Assembly: GCA_963822835.1 (NCBI GenBank)
Contig: CAWGIZ010000001.1
Coordinates: forward strand, 1 to 32,000
DNA length: 32,000 nucleotides
Direction: 5' to 3'
DNA from: an uncultured Alphaproteobacteria bacterium
GTDB taxonomy: Bacteria; Pseudomonadota; Alphaproteobacteria; CAVTAV01
The position numbers and the translations under genes were made by a program. Below the pieces are notes generated by a model. It had not been told where the DNA came from. It saw only the letters and a program-made list of their open reading frames with translations, and made no database searches. Positions 7,243 through 15,931 of this stretch are shown here, piece by piece. The number at the start of each line of letters is the position of its first letter. Positions within the stretch are counted from its first letter, which is position 1.

Positions 7243-7672
7243 TACTCCAGAAGGACTTATTCTAAAAACAAGACCCAAGTGAAGTTAATGGCAAAGCCAA
7301 TCTATGGTTCAGTAGAACGCCTGAGTGTGCAGCCAAGGAGGTCGGCCAACTCAATAGTTTCCCACGGCGTTACTGCTCTGCCAGAACCGACTTCTAACAC
7401 TTCGGAAGGTCCTGCAATCATCCTGCCTCCTTGAAATGTTTGATTCCAGTTACCTTCGCTCCTTTTGTCTAATGGCAGTTTGGCGCCCTCGTCCCGAATA
7501 TTTGACGGTCGGTCCATGAATGCCGAGCGTATCGTTTCGCAAAGGTTTAATTCGCACTGGCTACTAAGACCGCTCCGGGCGGGAATTCCGGAAGCTATAT
7601 ATTACCGAGGCCGTTTCTCGCGTGGTGCCGCTCCGACCCCAGCCCCAGACAATCATGTGAAGGCGGTACGAA

Positions 7673-7696
7673 AGCCCCCGACCTGTGCCGGGGGCT
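7673..7696 (-). terminator. Probable intrinsic terminator of the G8/beta-helix gene
   Basis: Read on the minus strand: AGCCCCCG-gcacaggt-CGGGGGCT followed by TTTCGT. It has an 8-bp GC-rich stem and lies about 24 nt after the stop at 7720-7722. Confidence 0.55.
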
Positions 7697-7719
7697 CTTA
7701 CTCATAAGACAGGACCTGC

Positions 7720-10384
7720 TTACCGGCTGACCTGGACGCTGGTTCCGCCGGCACCAGGGCCGGCGATGCGGGCGCCTTCGCCGTTGGAGACAACCTTGAC
7801 CCAGAGCGCGTCCTTGCCCTTGTAGTACGAGGTGTCGCTGGCCTTGCGCAGCGCGTCCAGGCTGTCCTCCGGCGCCCCCGAGGCCGCAGTGGTGAATCCC
7901 GGCAGCTCGAAGATCACCCACGAGCCCTTTTCCATTTCGCTGAGGCGCAGGTCCACGGACGGCCGTTCTGTGCTCACCTTGACCTCGGTGCCGGCGCGTA
8001 CGTTCGTTTCCCCGGCCATGGTGAACTCCTTGCCATTGCGGCTGAGAACGACCGGCGGCTGAGGCGGGCCGCTGGGCCGGCCAAAAAATGGTATGCGGGG
8101 CCCGCCGCCACCCGCCGCTGGGCCAGGGCCGCGACCGGGACCAGCTGCCGCCGGGAGGGCGGCCGAAACCGGGGAACCCGCCGCCGGCGCCGGGAGTGTT
8201 CACAGCCAAGCGTCCGAAATCGCCCTTGCACACAGCGGCATTCCAGGTCGGCTTGACCTCACAGGTCTTGTCGATGGCGATTCCGTCATTTTCGTCATTG
8301 ATGAGAATGAAGGAGTCCGGGACACCGGTGACCGAGCCGTCCAGGTCGTGGAACACCGAGGTCTTATAGCTCCCATTGCCGTAATCGTCGTTGCTCCACT
8401 TGTGCTCCATCGGCGGGAAATACACGGGCTTGGCGTTGATGAATTTCGCGCGCTTCACCGTGTTGTTGGTGCTCATTCCGAAGCTGGTATACAGCAGGTA
8501 AGAGATTGCTCCCGTCTTGCGGGTGGCGTTGTCCTGGAAATTCACGAAGGTGTCGTTGTCCAGGTGATGAAGGTAATCGTAAAACTCGTAGCCGCGGATC
8601 GGGAAATCCGGGAGTCCGGGCTCCGGCAAGCTGCGGCCGTAAGCTTTTTCCGTCGGCGTTGTGGGGTTGCCGATATTGTCGCTCTCGCCCACGAAACGCG
8701 AGTCGACGACCCGTGACGTAAAGGGGGAGCGACCGAGGTTGCCCGACGCATGCGTATAGCCGATCGCGTTGTCGGCCAGCTTCAAGTTCTTGAATGTGTC
8801 CATTTCTCCGCGGGTCCACATTCCGCTGTTCCGGTTCTTGTAGCTGGTGAAATCCTCGATGACCGTCTCCACGATGGGGCTGTTCGCGTCAGCGGGATTG
8901 GCGAGAGCGATATGCCCGCCGGTCCTGAAATGGCCGTCGGGCTGAGGGCCACGATCGGACATGAAGCCGTCGAAGTTTGAATGGGCCGTGTTGCCCCTGA
9001 ACTCCCGCACCTGCATACGGCGTGGCCAGTAGTTGTCATCATGATGCAATCCCGTCGGATGCTGCGGCAAGGCGTACCAGAAGCCCGTCGCCTCGGACCC
9101 GGCGGCCACATTGTCCCGGTAGGTATTGTCCGGATTGGTGATCCAGAAGCTCGACGCCGTGTTGTCGGACGGAATCAGGATATCCTTGGCGTCCTGGCCG
9201 GCCAAATTGAAGTTCTTGCCGCCCTCCACGCCGAACGGGCCGAGGTCCGTTGGAACGCAGGGTTTGCCGTCGGGATGGCACTTGGTGAGGATCGCCAGGT
9301 TGTGGATAAACTGGTTGCCGTGCTCGACGGCGTCTTCGAGGAAGAAACAGTGACCCACATTGTTGTAGGTCACATTGTTTGCCACCAGCACGTCATTGGT
9401 GCCATGCACGGTCACGCAGCGGCTGTAGGTGTCGTGAATCGACGAGTTCTGGATATATTGCCCCTTGGCGTCGCCGATCAGATGCCAGTGGATGGGGTAG
9501 CGGGCCAGATGCATGTTCTGCCCCATGTGATAAAGCTCGACGCCGGAGACGTACATCTTGGACCCGGCCATCGCCATGATATGCCCGCCGAAATAGGTCT
9601 TTTCGGAGTCGGCTGAAGACTGGATCTTGATGTTCCGCGTCAGCATGCCGACTTCGCCGCGCTCGTCGACGCCATAGGTGATTTTGCCGAAATGCATGTA
9701 CTTCAACGGCTTGTCGAGGGTGAGCGCGTTTCCGTGAATGGCGGCGATGGTGCGCTCCTCCGCCTGGTGGGGATCGAAATCGGTTGACGCAAGAACGATC
9801 ACGTCACCCTTGCGCCAGCCGGCGGCATTCAGGACTTTGATCTTGGAACTGCCGGCCTTGGCCGTGCTCGCGAGCTTGGTCCAGCTGTTCGTGCGGTCGC
9901 CGTGCAGGTTCAACGTCCCGAGCAGCAACATGATCCCGCGGTCCCCCATGGTATTGATGTCTTCGTTGGGGACGTTGTCGGTCAGGGTGATTGTCGCCTT
10001 GTGCGTGTAAGGCTTGGCTTCGCTGCCGATGTCCAGCTCGCCGCCCGCCACATAGATCCACTCCGTTGCCAGATCGAGATCGCGATCGTCGGAGAAGCTG
10101 AGCTTGCCGTTGATCGTCAGACTGCGCAGCGCCGGCGGACTGACGTCGAGAACAATGTCCTTGCCCCGGTCAATCGTCACCGCGTCTCCCGCGCCCGGCA
10201 CCTTCCCGTCGGGCCAGGACGCCGGATCGGACCACCGCGACCACGTGACCGCCGAAGAGGGTGCCTGGGCGGGCATGTCCATATGGGCGTGGTCTTCCTG
10301 AGCATCGGCGGCAGCCCCCAGGCCGAGCAGGAAGGCCGCAGGAAGCAACAAGGCAAGTAGAGCCAGGCGAGATTGTTTGTGCAT
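7720..10384 (-). pseudogene. Secreted G8-domain / right-handed beta-helix (PbH1) protein, interrupted by a 1-nt frameshift in a Gly/Pro-rich linker (pseudogene or sequencing indel)
   Basis: Signal peptide: MHKQSRLALLALLLPAAFLLGLGAAADA. G8 signature: WSDPASWPDGKVPGAGDAVTIDRGKDIVLD...INGKLSF...VAGGELDIGSE. After ...DFGRLAVNTPGAGGGFPGFGRPPGG (about 8140-8155) the main frame turns into Arg/Gly/Pro junk. Another frame reads GPGRGPGPAAGGGGPRIPFFGRPSGPPQPPVVLSRNGKEFTMAGETNVRAGTEVKV... through ORF 7720..8019, which ends just before the terminator. Confidence 0.7.
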
Positions 10385-10863
10385 TACGGTGATCCCCTTT
10401 ATCGGGACTGTGTGTCCCGATTTTTACCCTGGGTAGAGTTTTGCAACTTATGGACCGGTTTGCCAAGCCGCGTTCAGGCGCGCAACTCGCTCGCGCTCCG
10501 CATGCACCCGAGGGGGCTGGGATCAGTTGGCCCAAGCTGCAGCAGAATAGTTCTTGTTTTGGTGTCCGGAAGTCTGACGTCTCCGCTGGAGGCGCTTCAC
10601 CAAGCGGGCGGCGGCAAACTCGATTATGAAGAGCGCGATCGAACTGGCATCGGCTTCGCGGTTTGCCAGAGTATCTGGCGCCATTGCTCTGCCGAAAGAC
10701 AGTTCATTCGGATAATCCGCGTAATCGCCCTGTTCCCCTGTAGTGTTAAAGTAAGCGAAAATCGATCCCGCAATGGACATCAATCCGATATCCTGAATGA
10801 ACGAGAATCGGCAAAAAGATGAGCCATTGGACGCAGCGCCAATCAAAAAGGTGGGGGACCAAG

Positions 10864-12525
10864 ATGAGAAAACTGAAATCCGACGTGAGACGTTTCGCTT
10901 TCGTGCCGAGACTTTGCGCATTCGCCATTTCGGTCGTCCTGTGTTCCGTGTTCGTTGGGCCTGAACACCCCAAAGCCGCTGACGCCAACCACCAAAGCGA
11001 TAGCTGCGTCTCCTTGAAGAATTTTCAGGCTGTGGGACTGGATATCACTGATGCGCGCCTGATCGCTGCGGGGCCCGCGCCTGGCTCGAAGGCCGCTATA
11101 GAGGACGAAACGACTCTTCCGGAGCATTGTCTGGTGCGCGGAGTGATTTCGCGTCGCACAGGCGTGGACGGGAAGGAATACGGGATTGGCTTCGAACTCA
11201 GGATGCCGACTGATTGGAACGGTCGCTTCTTGTTTGAAGGCGGAGGCTATATGGACGGCGTGTCCTGGTTGGCCTACGGGTCATTATTCGGGCGCTTGTC
11301 TCCGGTTGCCTTGGCGCGAGGCTTCGCGGTCGTTCGAACGGACTCCGGTCATCTCAATTCCAAATCGGGAGCAACCGGCGCCAGTTTTTCTTTGGACCAG
11401 CAAGCACGGCTCGACTTCGGCTTCAACGCCCTCGACAAAGTCACGTTGCAGGCCAAAGCTCTCGTCAGGGCCTACTATGGGAGACGTCCGGATCGGGCCT
11501 ATTTCATGGGCTGCTCCAACGGTGGTCGTCAGGCCATGTTGATGGCCGAGCGTTTCCCGGAATATTTTGATGGCATCATCGCAGGTGATCCTTCCTTCAA
11601 TATCACGCACCTGTCGATATGGCTGACCTGGAACCAGAAGGTCCTTGCGAAGATAGCGCCTAAAGACGCGAGCGGCCGGCCGATCCTGTCGCGTGCCTTT
11701 TCGGATGACGATCTGAAATTGGTTAGCCGCGCGGTCGTGGCCCAGTGCGACAAGAAGGACGGTCTTGCCGATGGCATGATCAACGATGTTGCTGCATGCG
11801 ATTTCGATCCGTCTGTTCTCGCATGCAAAGGGCCGTCAAAGCAGCCGGATTGTCTGTCGCGCGATCAGGTAGCCGCGATGAAGCAGGTCTTCGAGGGGCC
11901 GAAGGACGCGGTCGGCAAACCGCTGTTTCCTCCATTTCCGTATGATACCGGTATCTCCACGACATGGCGTGGCACCCACCTTGGCACCTCCGATAGTTCA
12001 GATGCCAATTCCATGGAAGCGACCATTGGTCTCGACACGTTACGCTATTACTCGCTAACCCCGCCGGATCTTGACCTCAAGCCACAGGATCTCGACGTCG
12101 AGAAAGCCTGGAAGCAGGTGCGCCAGACGGCAGCGATGAACGACGCCGACTGGACGTTCATGAATAGCTTTGCCGCGCACGGCAAACTGATCCTGTATCA
12201 AGGTAACAGCGACTATGGTTTGTCTGCCAAGGGGCTGGCTGCGTGGTACGAAAAAGCCGGCCACGATACCGGAGGCCACATTCAGGATTGGGCGCGGCTG
12301 TTTCTCGTGCCCGGCATGGGGCACTGTAGTGGTGGCATGGCGACAGACGAATTTGATCCGCTGACGGCACTGGTGGATTGGGTCGAGCGCGGTCAGGTAC
12401 CGGACCGCATCGTGGCCAAGGGGAAGCAATTCCCTGGCCTTTCTCGCCCGCTTTGTCCTTGGCCGAAGGTTGCGCGCTATAAGGGCGGTCCGACTTCCAG
12501 TGCCGACAGTTTCGTTTGTGAATAA
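10864..12525 (+). CDS. Tannase/feruloyl esterase family alpha/beta hydrolase (secreted)
   Basis: Start at MRKLKSD, preceded by GGTGGGGGA. N-terminal hydrophobic signal. Family hallmarks: nucleophile motif GCSNGGRQAM, CDKKDGLADGMI, and C-terminal PGMGHCSGG. Confidence 0.8.
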   Translation: MRKLKSDVRRFAFVPRLCAFAISVVLCSVFVGPEHPKAADANHQSDSCVSLKNFQAVGLDITDARLIAAGPAPGSKAAIEDETTLPEHCLVRGVISRRTGVDGKEYGIGFELRMPTDWNGRFLFEGGGYMDGVSWLAYGSLFGRLSPVALARGFAVVRTDSGHLNSKSGATGASFSLDQQARLDFGFNALDKVTLQAKALVRAYYGRRPDRAYFMGCSNGGRQAMLMAERFPEYFDGIIAGDPSFNITHLSIWLTWNQKVLAKIAPKDASGRPILSRAFSDDDLKLVSRAVVAQCDKKDGLADGMINDVAACDFDPSVLACKGPSKQPDCLSRDQVAAMKQVFEGPKDAVGKPLFPPFPYDTGISTTWRGTHLGTSDSSDANSMEATIGLDTLRYYSLTPPDLDLKPQDLDVEKAWKQVRQTAAMNDADWTFMNSFAAHGKLILYQGNSDYGLSAKGLAAWYEKAGHDTGGHIQDWARLFLVPGMGHCSGGMATDEFDPLTALVDWVERGQVPDRIVAKGKQFPGLSRPLCPWPKVARYKGGPTSSADSFVCE

Positions 12526-12629
12526 GCGACGATCTGGTTCAGCGGGCATTGTCGCGCCGGTTGGCGCCCACAGGCTCGTTCGGCAGATTTCGAGTCTTTA
12601 GCCACTGCCTCCAGCGGACGGCGGCGGCA

Positions 12630-13697
12630 TCAGGTCTTGTTCTTCGCCGTTTCCAGGCCGGTGGTCAGGCCCTCGTCTCCGGGGAAGTGTTTGAGACCGG
12701 ATTCGTAAGCGGCGCGGGCGTCGTCCCAACGGCCGAGGACACCGTAGGAGCGACCGAGGCGCAGCCATCCGTCGCGATCGTTTGGATTGGCTTCCAGCCT
12801 CGCCTTCAGTCCCTCGACCATGCTGTCGATGAACGCGTTCCGCTCCTGTGGGCTCAGGGCGTTGGCGGCTTGTATGTCAGCCTGGCTCGGGCCCTGTGGC
12901 GGCGTGGGCGTCGTCTGGGTGGCGGCAACGACCTGACTGGCCGGTTCGCCAAGTTTTGCCGCAGCCTCGTCGAGCCCCTTCTGGATTTCCGGACGCCAAG
13001 GCGAATCCGAAGGCAACTGGCCGGCGAGCTTGATCCAGGCATCGCGCGCCTGCGCGGCGCGGCCATTCTGCAAATCGTAGAGAGCGAGATTGTAGCGGGC
13101 GCGCAAATTTGACGGATCGGCCGCGAGGGCCTGTTGGAACACCTGCCTTGCTTCCTCGGTGACACGCCCGTCCGAACCCGCCATCAGGCTTTCGGCATAG
13201 CCGATCTTTACGTCAACATTGTCGGGCCATTTTTGCATTGTCTGCTGAAATATCTTTTTCGCGCGATCGGCGTTTTGCAGTGCGGTGTAAGACCGGCCAA
13301 GAAGTATCCAGCCGTTCAGGTCGTCTGGCGCGGCTTCCAGCTTTTTCTCCAGGCCGGCCGTCACCGATTCGAGCGACATGTCGGGATGTGGCGCCTCGTT
13401 ACGAGTGGACGTGGCCGGGGGCTGCAACGGGGAGTTCAGCTTGCCCTGATTTGCGATGAATGACGCGAGCGCGGCTTCGTCCTGATCGGCGGTCGTCGCG
13501 GTATCGGCGGGCATCGTCAAAGAGAACTTGAGCGCGGCGGGAATACCCGCGACCAGGACGGCAGCGCCGATCAGGAGCGCGCGCCGCGCCATCTGCCGAT
13601 CGCCGGACCTTGTCCAGGGCCAAAACGAATAGACGATCAGGCCGGCGCACAGTGCGGCAAGCACCAGCAGAACGGTCCATAGAAGATTGGAAGCCAT
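12630..13697 (-). CDS. ccmI: c-type cytochrome biogenesis protein CcmI/CycH-like (2 TM + periplasmic TPR)
   Basis: N-terminal helices LLWTVLLVLAALCAGLIVYSFWPW and ALLIGAAVLVAGIPAAL. TPR repeats: GWILLGRSYTALQNADRAKKIFQQTMQKWPDN, ARYNLALYDLQNGRAAQA, GWLRLGRSYGVLGRWDDARAAYESGLKHFPGD. Confidence 0.6.
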   Translation of the reverse strand: MASNLLWTVLLVLAALCAGLIVYSFWPWTRSGDRQMARRALLIGAAVLVAGIPAALKFSLTMPADTATTADQDEAALASFIANQGKLNSPLQPPATSTRNEAPHPDMSLESVTAGLEKKLEAAPDDLNGWILLGRSYTALQNADRAKKIFQQTMQKWPDNVDVKIGYAESLMAGSDGRVTEEARQVFQQALAADPSNLRARYNLALYDLQNGRAAQARDAWIKLAGQLPSDSPWRPEIQKGLDEAAAKLGEPASQVVAATQTTPTPPQGPSQADIQAANALSPQERNAFIDSMVEGLKARLEANPNDRDGWLRLGRSYGVLGRWDDARAAYESGLKHFPGDEGLTTGLETAKNKT

Positions 13698-13722
13698 GGC
13701 TCAGACCTTTCGCATTGCGCTG

Positions 13723-14268
13723 CTACGGCGCCGTTCGAGCGAGCAACGGGCGGATGGACTTATCGATATCCGTTTCTCTCAGCCGCCCGCGATGTACATA
13801 TAGGACGGTGCCGTCGCCATTCACTATCAACGTCGTCGGGATGCTGTCGAAACCGAACTCGGCGAGAACCTTGCCGTCCGCATCCTCGCCGATCGCCGCA
13901 TACGGGTTGCCGAGCCGCGCGAGATAGCCGGCTGCCTCGCTTGATCGATCCATGTGGTCGATGCCGATGACGGGGACCATCCTGGCAAGATCGGTCAGCA
14001 GCGGATGTTCTACGGCACAGGGTCCACACCAGGACGCGAAGAAATTCAGCACGGCGACATGACCCGTCTTCAGATCGCGGTCCGTAAGCGTCCGGGCCGG
14101 ATTGTCCAGATGCGCGATCGCAAATGGCGGTATCCGACCGCCGCCCCCGTCTCCTTCATCGGATGCTGGCCGCAATCCAGAAACCACGAGAGCGAGTTGC
14201 GCGACCAGGGCCAGCGCCGCCAGCGAGAGAGTTAGGCGTCTCGGGGTCAAATGATGAGACTTGGACAT
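13723..14268 (-). CDS. TlpA/ResA/CcmG-like periplasmic thiol:disulfide oxidoreductase
   Basis: Thioredoxin motif LNFFASWCGPC. Membrane anchor LTLSLAALALVAQLALVV. cis-Pro region FGFDSIPTTLIVNGDG. The start chosen is MSKSHH (ATG 14268); the longer ORF starts at 14349 inside the AT-rich promoter region. Confidence 0.7.
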   Translation of the reverse strand: MSKSHHLTPRRLTLSLAALALVAQLALVVSGLRPASDEGDGGGGRIPPFAIAHLDNPARTLTDRDLKTGHVAVLNFFASWCGPCAVEHPLLTDLARMVPVIGIDHMDRSSEAAGYLARLGNPYAAIGEDADGKVLAEFGFDSIPTTLIVNGDGTVLYVHRGRLRETDIDKSIRPLLARTAP

Positions 14269-14608
14269 GTTCGCATTCTGAGCATCGACAGCCCGACAAG
14301 TAAAGTGCCACCCATTTTGAAATTGAGAACTATTTTTATTAGTAATCACATGATGAACACAGGAATGAATCGCATTTTAACGAAAATCATTTTGATAGTG
14401 ATGTATTATACATCAAATCATCGACATATTTTTGCCGGATTCCTTCATTATCACACTCAAATACTCAGATATTCACGAATAGGTAACAAGTAAAAGTAAA
14501 AGATCTTCGAAGGATCGTCGGTATCCGTTTGGGGCTTGGGATACGGTCGCGGCCGTAGGGGCATTTGGATGACTGACGAGGGGAATCGATCGAAAGCAGT
14601 AGCGATTA
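14269..14608. promoter_or_regulatory. AT-rich divergent promoter/leader region between the tlpA-like gene and the multiheme operon
   Basis: About 250 nt of strongly AT-rich sequence sit in an otherwise GC-rich window. It contains several short palindromes and direct repeats (GTAAAAGTAAAAG at about 14489-14501; CTTCGAAG). Confidence 0.5.
14399..14415. promoter_or_regulatory. Perfect 17-bp palindrome TGATGTAT-T-ATACATCA (candidate dimeric regulator operator)
   Basis: Read directly. 8-bp arms around a single central base, centred in the AT-rich divergent promoter region. Confidence 0.35.
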
Positions 14609-15931
14609 GTGTCAGTCATTTTCGGCAGTACGATTTTGACCTACGGCCTTCCAATCGGGGGACTGGTCGCGGGTTACATCATCATCCTTATGACCCGGGA
14701 TCGCCGCAGCAAGGCGGCGCTCCAGGAGGCACATGACGCCGGACTCACCGAGCCGGCGTCGTTGCATCCGGTCATCAATCAATCCTTGTGCATCGGCTGC
14801 ACGTCCTGTGTCCGGGCCTGCCCGGAGCAGTCCGTTCTCGGCATCGTCGGCGGCAAGGCCGAGTTGATCAATCCGACGCATTGCATCGGACATGGCGCCT
14901 GCCGGACCGCCTGTCCCATGGGCGCGATCACGCTTGTCTTCGGCTCGGCCACGCGGGGCGTCGACATTCCCCTCGTCGGCCCGAACTTCGAGACGAATAT
15001 TCCAGGCATCTTCATTGCCGGCGAACTCGGCGGAATGGGCCTGATCCGGAACGCGATCACCCAGGGCAAGCAGGCGATCGACGCCGTTCGGGGTTACCTG
15101 AAGGAGCGGGGCCGGCCGGCGAGTCACAAGGCCTACGACGTCGTCATCGTCGGCGCGGGGCCCGCCGGATTTTCAGCGTCCCTCGCCGCCAAGGAGCAAG
15201 GCCTGCGTTACGTCACTCTCGAGCAGGAAAGCTTCGGGGGTACGGTATCGCATTATCCGCGCGGCAAGATCGTGATGACGGCGCCTGTCGACCTACCGAT
15301 CGTCGGCAAGACGCGTTTCAAGGAAACGACCAAGGAGAACCTGCTCGACTTCTGGCAGAAGGTTCATCAGGAGAACGAGCTTCAGATCCACTATTCCGAA
15401 CGAGTCGAAACGATCGAGCGCATCGACGGTGGTTTCTCCGTGGTGACGGGTACCGGCAGTTATCCCGCCCGTTCGGTCCTGCTGTCGATCGGGCGCCGCG
15501 GCACCCCGCGCAAACTAGGCGTGGAGGGCGAAGATCTCTCCAAGGTCGTCTATCGCCTGATCGATCCCGAACAGTATCAGGGCCGTCACGTGCTCGTTGT
15601 CGGTGGAGGCGACAGCGCGCTGGAGGCGGCGACCTCGCTTGCCGACATGCCGGGCACGACGGTGAGTCTGAGCTATCGCGGCGACGCTTTCTCGCGCGCC
15701 AAGGCAAAAAACCGGGACAAGGTCGCCGACGCCGCAAAATCCGGCCGCCTCAGCGTACTTCTGAAATCGGAGGTGATGAAAGTCTCCGAGCACGACGTCT
15801 TACTCAGTGCTGGGGAAAAGGAGCTGGCTGTGCCGAACGACGCAGTGATCGTCTGCGCGGGGGGAGTCTTGCCGACGCCCTTCCTCAAGGACATCGGAAT
15901 CGAGGTCGAGACAAAATATGGCTCGGCCTGA
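14609..15931 (+). CDS. Membrane-anchored 2x[4Fe-4S] ferredoxin domain fused to an FAD/NAD(P)-dependent oxidoreductase (thioredoxin-reductase/YpdA-like)
   Basis: N-terminal TM: ILTYGLPIGGLVAGYIIILM. Two cluster motifs: CIGCTSCVRACP and CIGHGACRTACP. Dinucleotide motifs: VVIVGAGPAGFSASL and VLVVGGGDSALEAA. Putative GTG start at 14609. Confidence 0.75.
   Translation: MSVIFGSTILTYGLPIGGLVAGYIIILMTRDRRSKAALQEAHDAGLTEPASLHPVINQSLCIGCTSCVRACPEQSVLGIVGGKAELINPTHCIGHGACRTACPMGAITLVFGSATRGVDIPLVGPNFETNIPGIFIAGELGGMGLIRNAITQGKQAIDAVRGYLKERGRPASHKAYDVVIVGAGPAGFSASLAAKEQGLRYVTLEQESFGGTVSHYPRGKIVMTAPVDLPIVGKTRFKETTKENLLDFWQKVHQENELQIHYSERVETIERIDGGFSVVTGTGSYPARSVLLSIGRRGTPRKLGVEGEDLSKVVYRLIDPEQYQGRHVLVVGGGDSALEAATSLADMPGTTVSLSYRGDAFSRAKAKNRDKVADAAKSGRLSVLLKSEVMKVSEHDVLLSAGEKELAVPNDAVIVCAGGVLPTPFLKDIGIEVETKYGSA

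Larger units (their letters stand above)
1..7600. mobile_element. Candidate integrase-associated genomic island; the right boundary is only approximate and the left end lies outside the window
   Basis: An integrase gene sits at the left edge. The genes between about 1150 and 7100 look clearly lower in GC by eye than the rest of the window. An AT-rich spacer at about 7160-7600 precedes typical high-GC genes. No att repeat or tRNA could be identified in the window. Confidence 0.35.

Noticed and set aside
7302-7517. 71-aa minus-strand ORF in the AT-rich spacer
   Set aside because: It has no ribosome-binding site, no family resemblance and atypical composition. It is kept only as context for the possible island boundary.
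7595-8140. 3' extension of the 929-aa ORF (7595..10384) beyond the Gly/Pro linker
   Set aside because: The translation becomes Arg/Gly/Pro/Gln-rich low-complexity sequence and reads through a strong terminator hairpin (7673-7696). Another frame gives sensible sequence ending at 7720. It is treated as a frameshift artefact of the true gene.
10523-10921. 132-aa minus-strand ORF in the G8/tannase divergent intergenic region
   Set aside because: It overlaps the tannase start and signal sequence and has no SD or recognisable domain. Only a short stretch (…SSIALFIIEFAAARLVKRL…) looks protein-like. It is possibly a gene remnant, and the support is not sufficient.
14393-14417. FNR/CRP-type box (TTGAT...ATCAA) or Fur box in the AT-rich promoter
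   Set aside because: The TTGAT and ATCAA half-sites are separated by 15 nt instead of 4. Similarity to the 19-bp Fur consensus is only partial. It is reported only as an unassigned palindrome.
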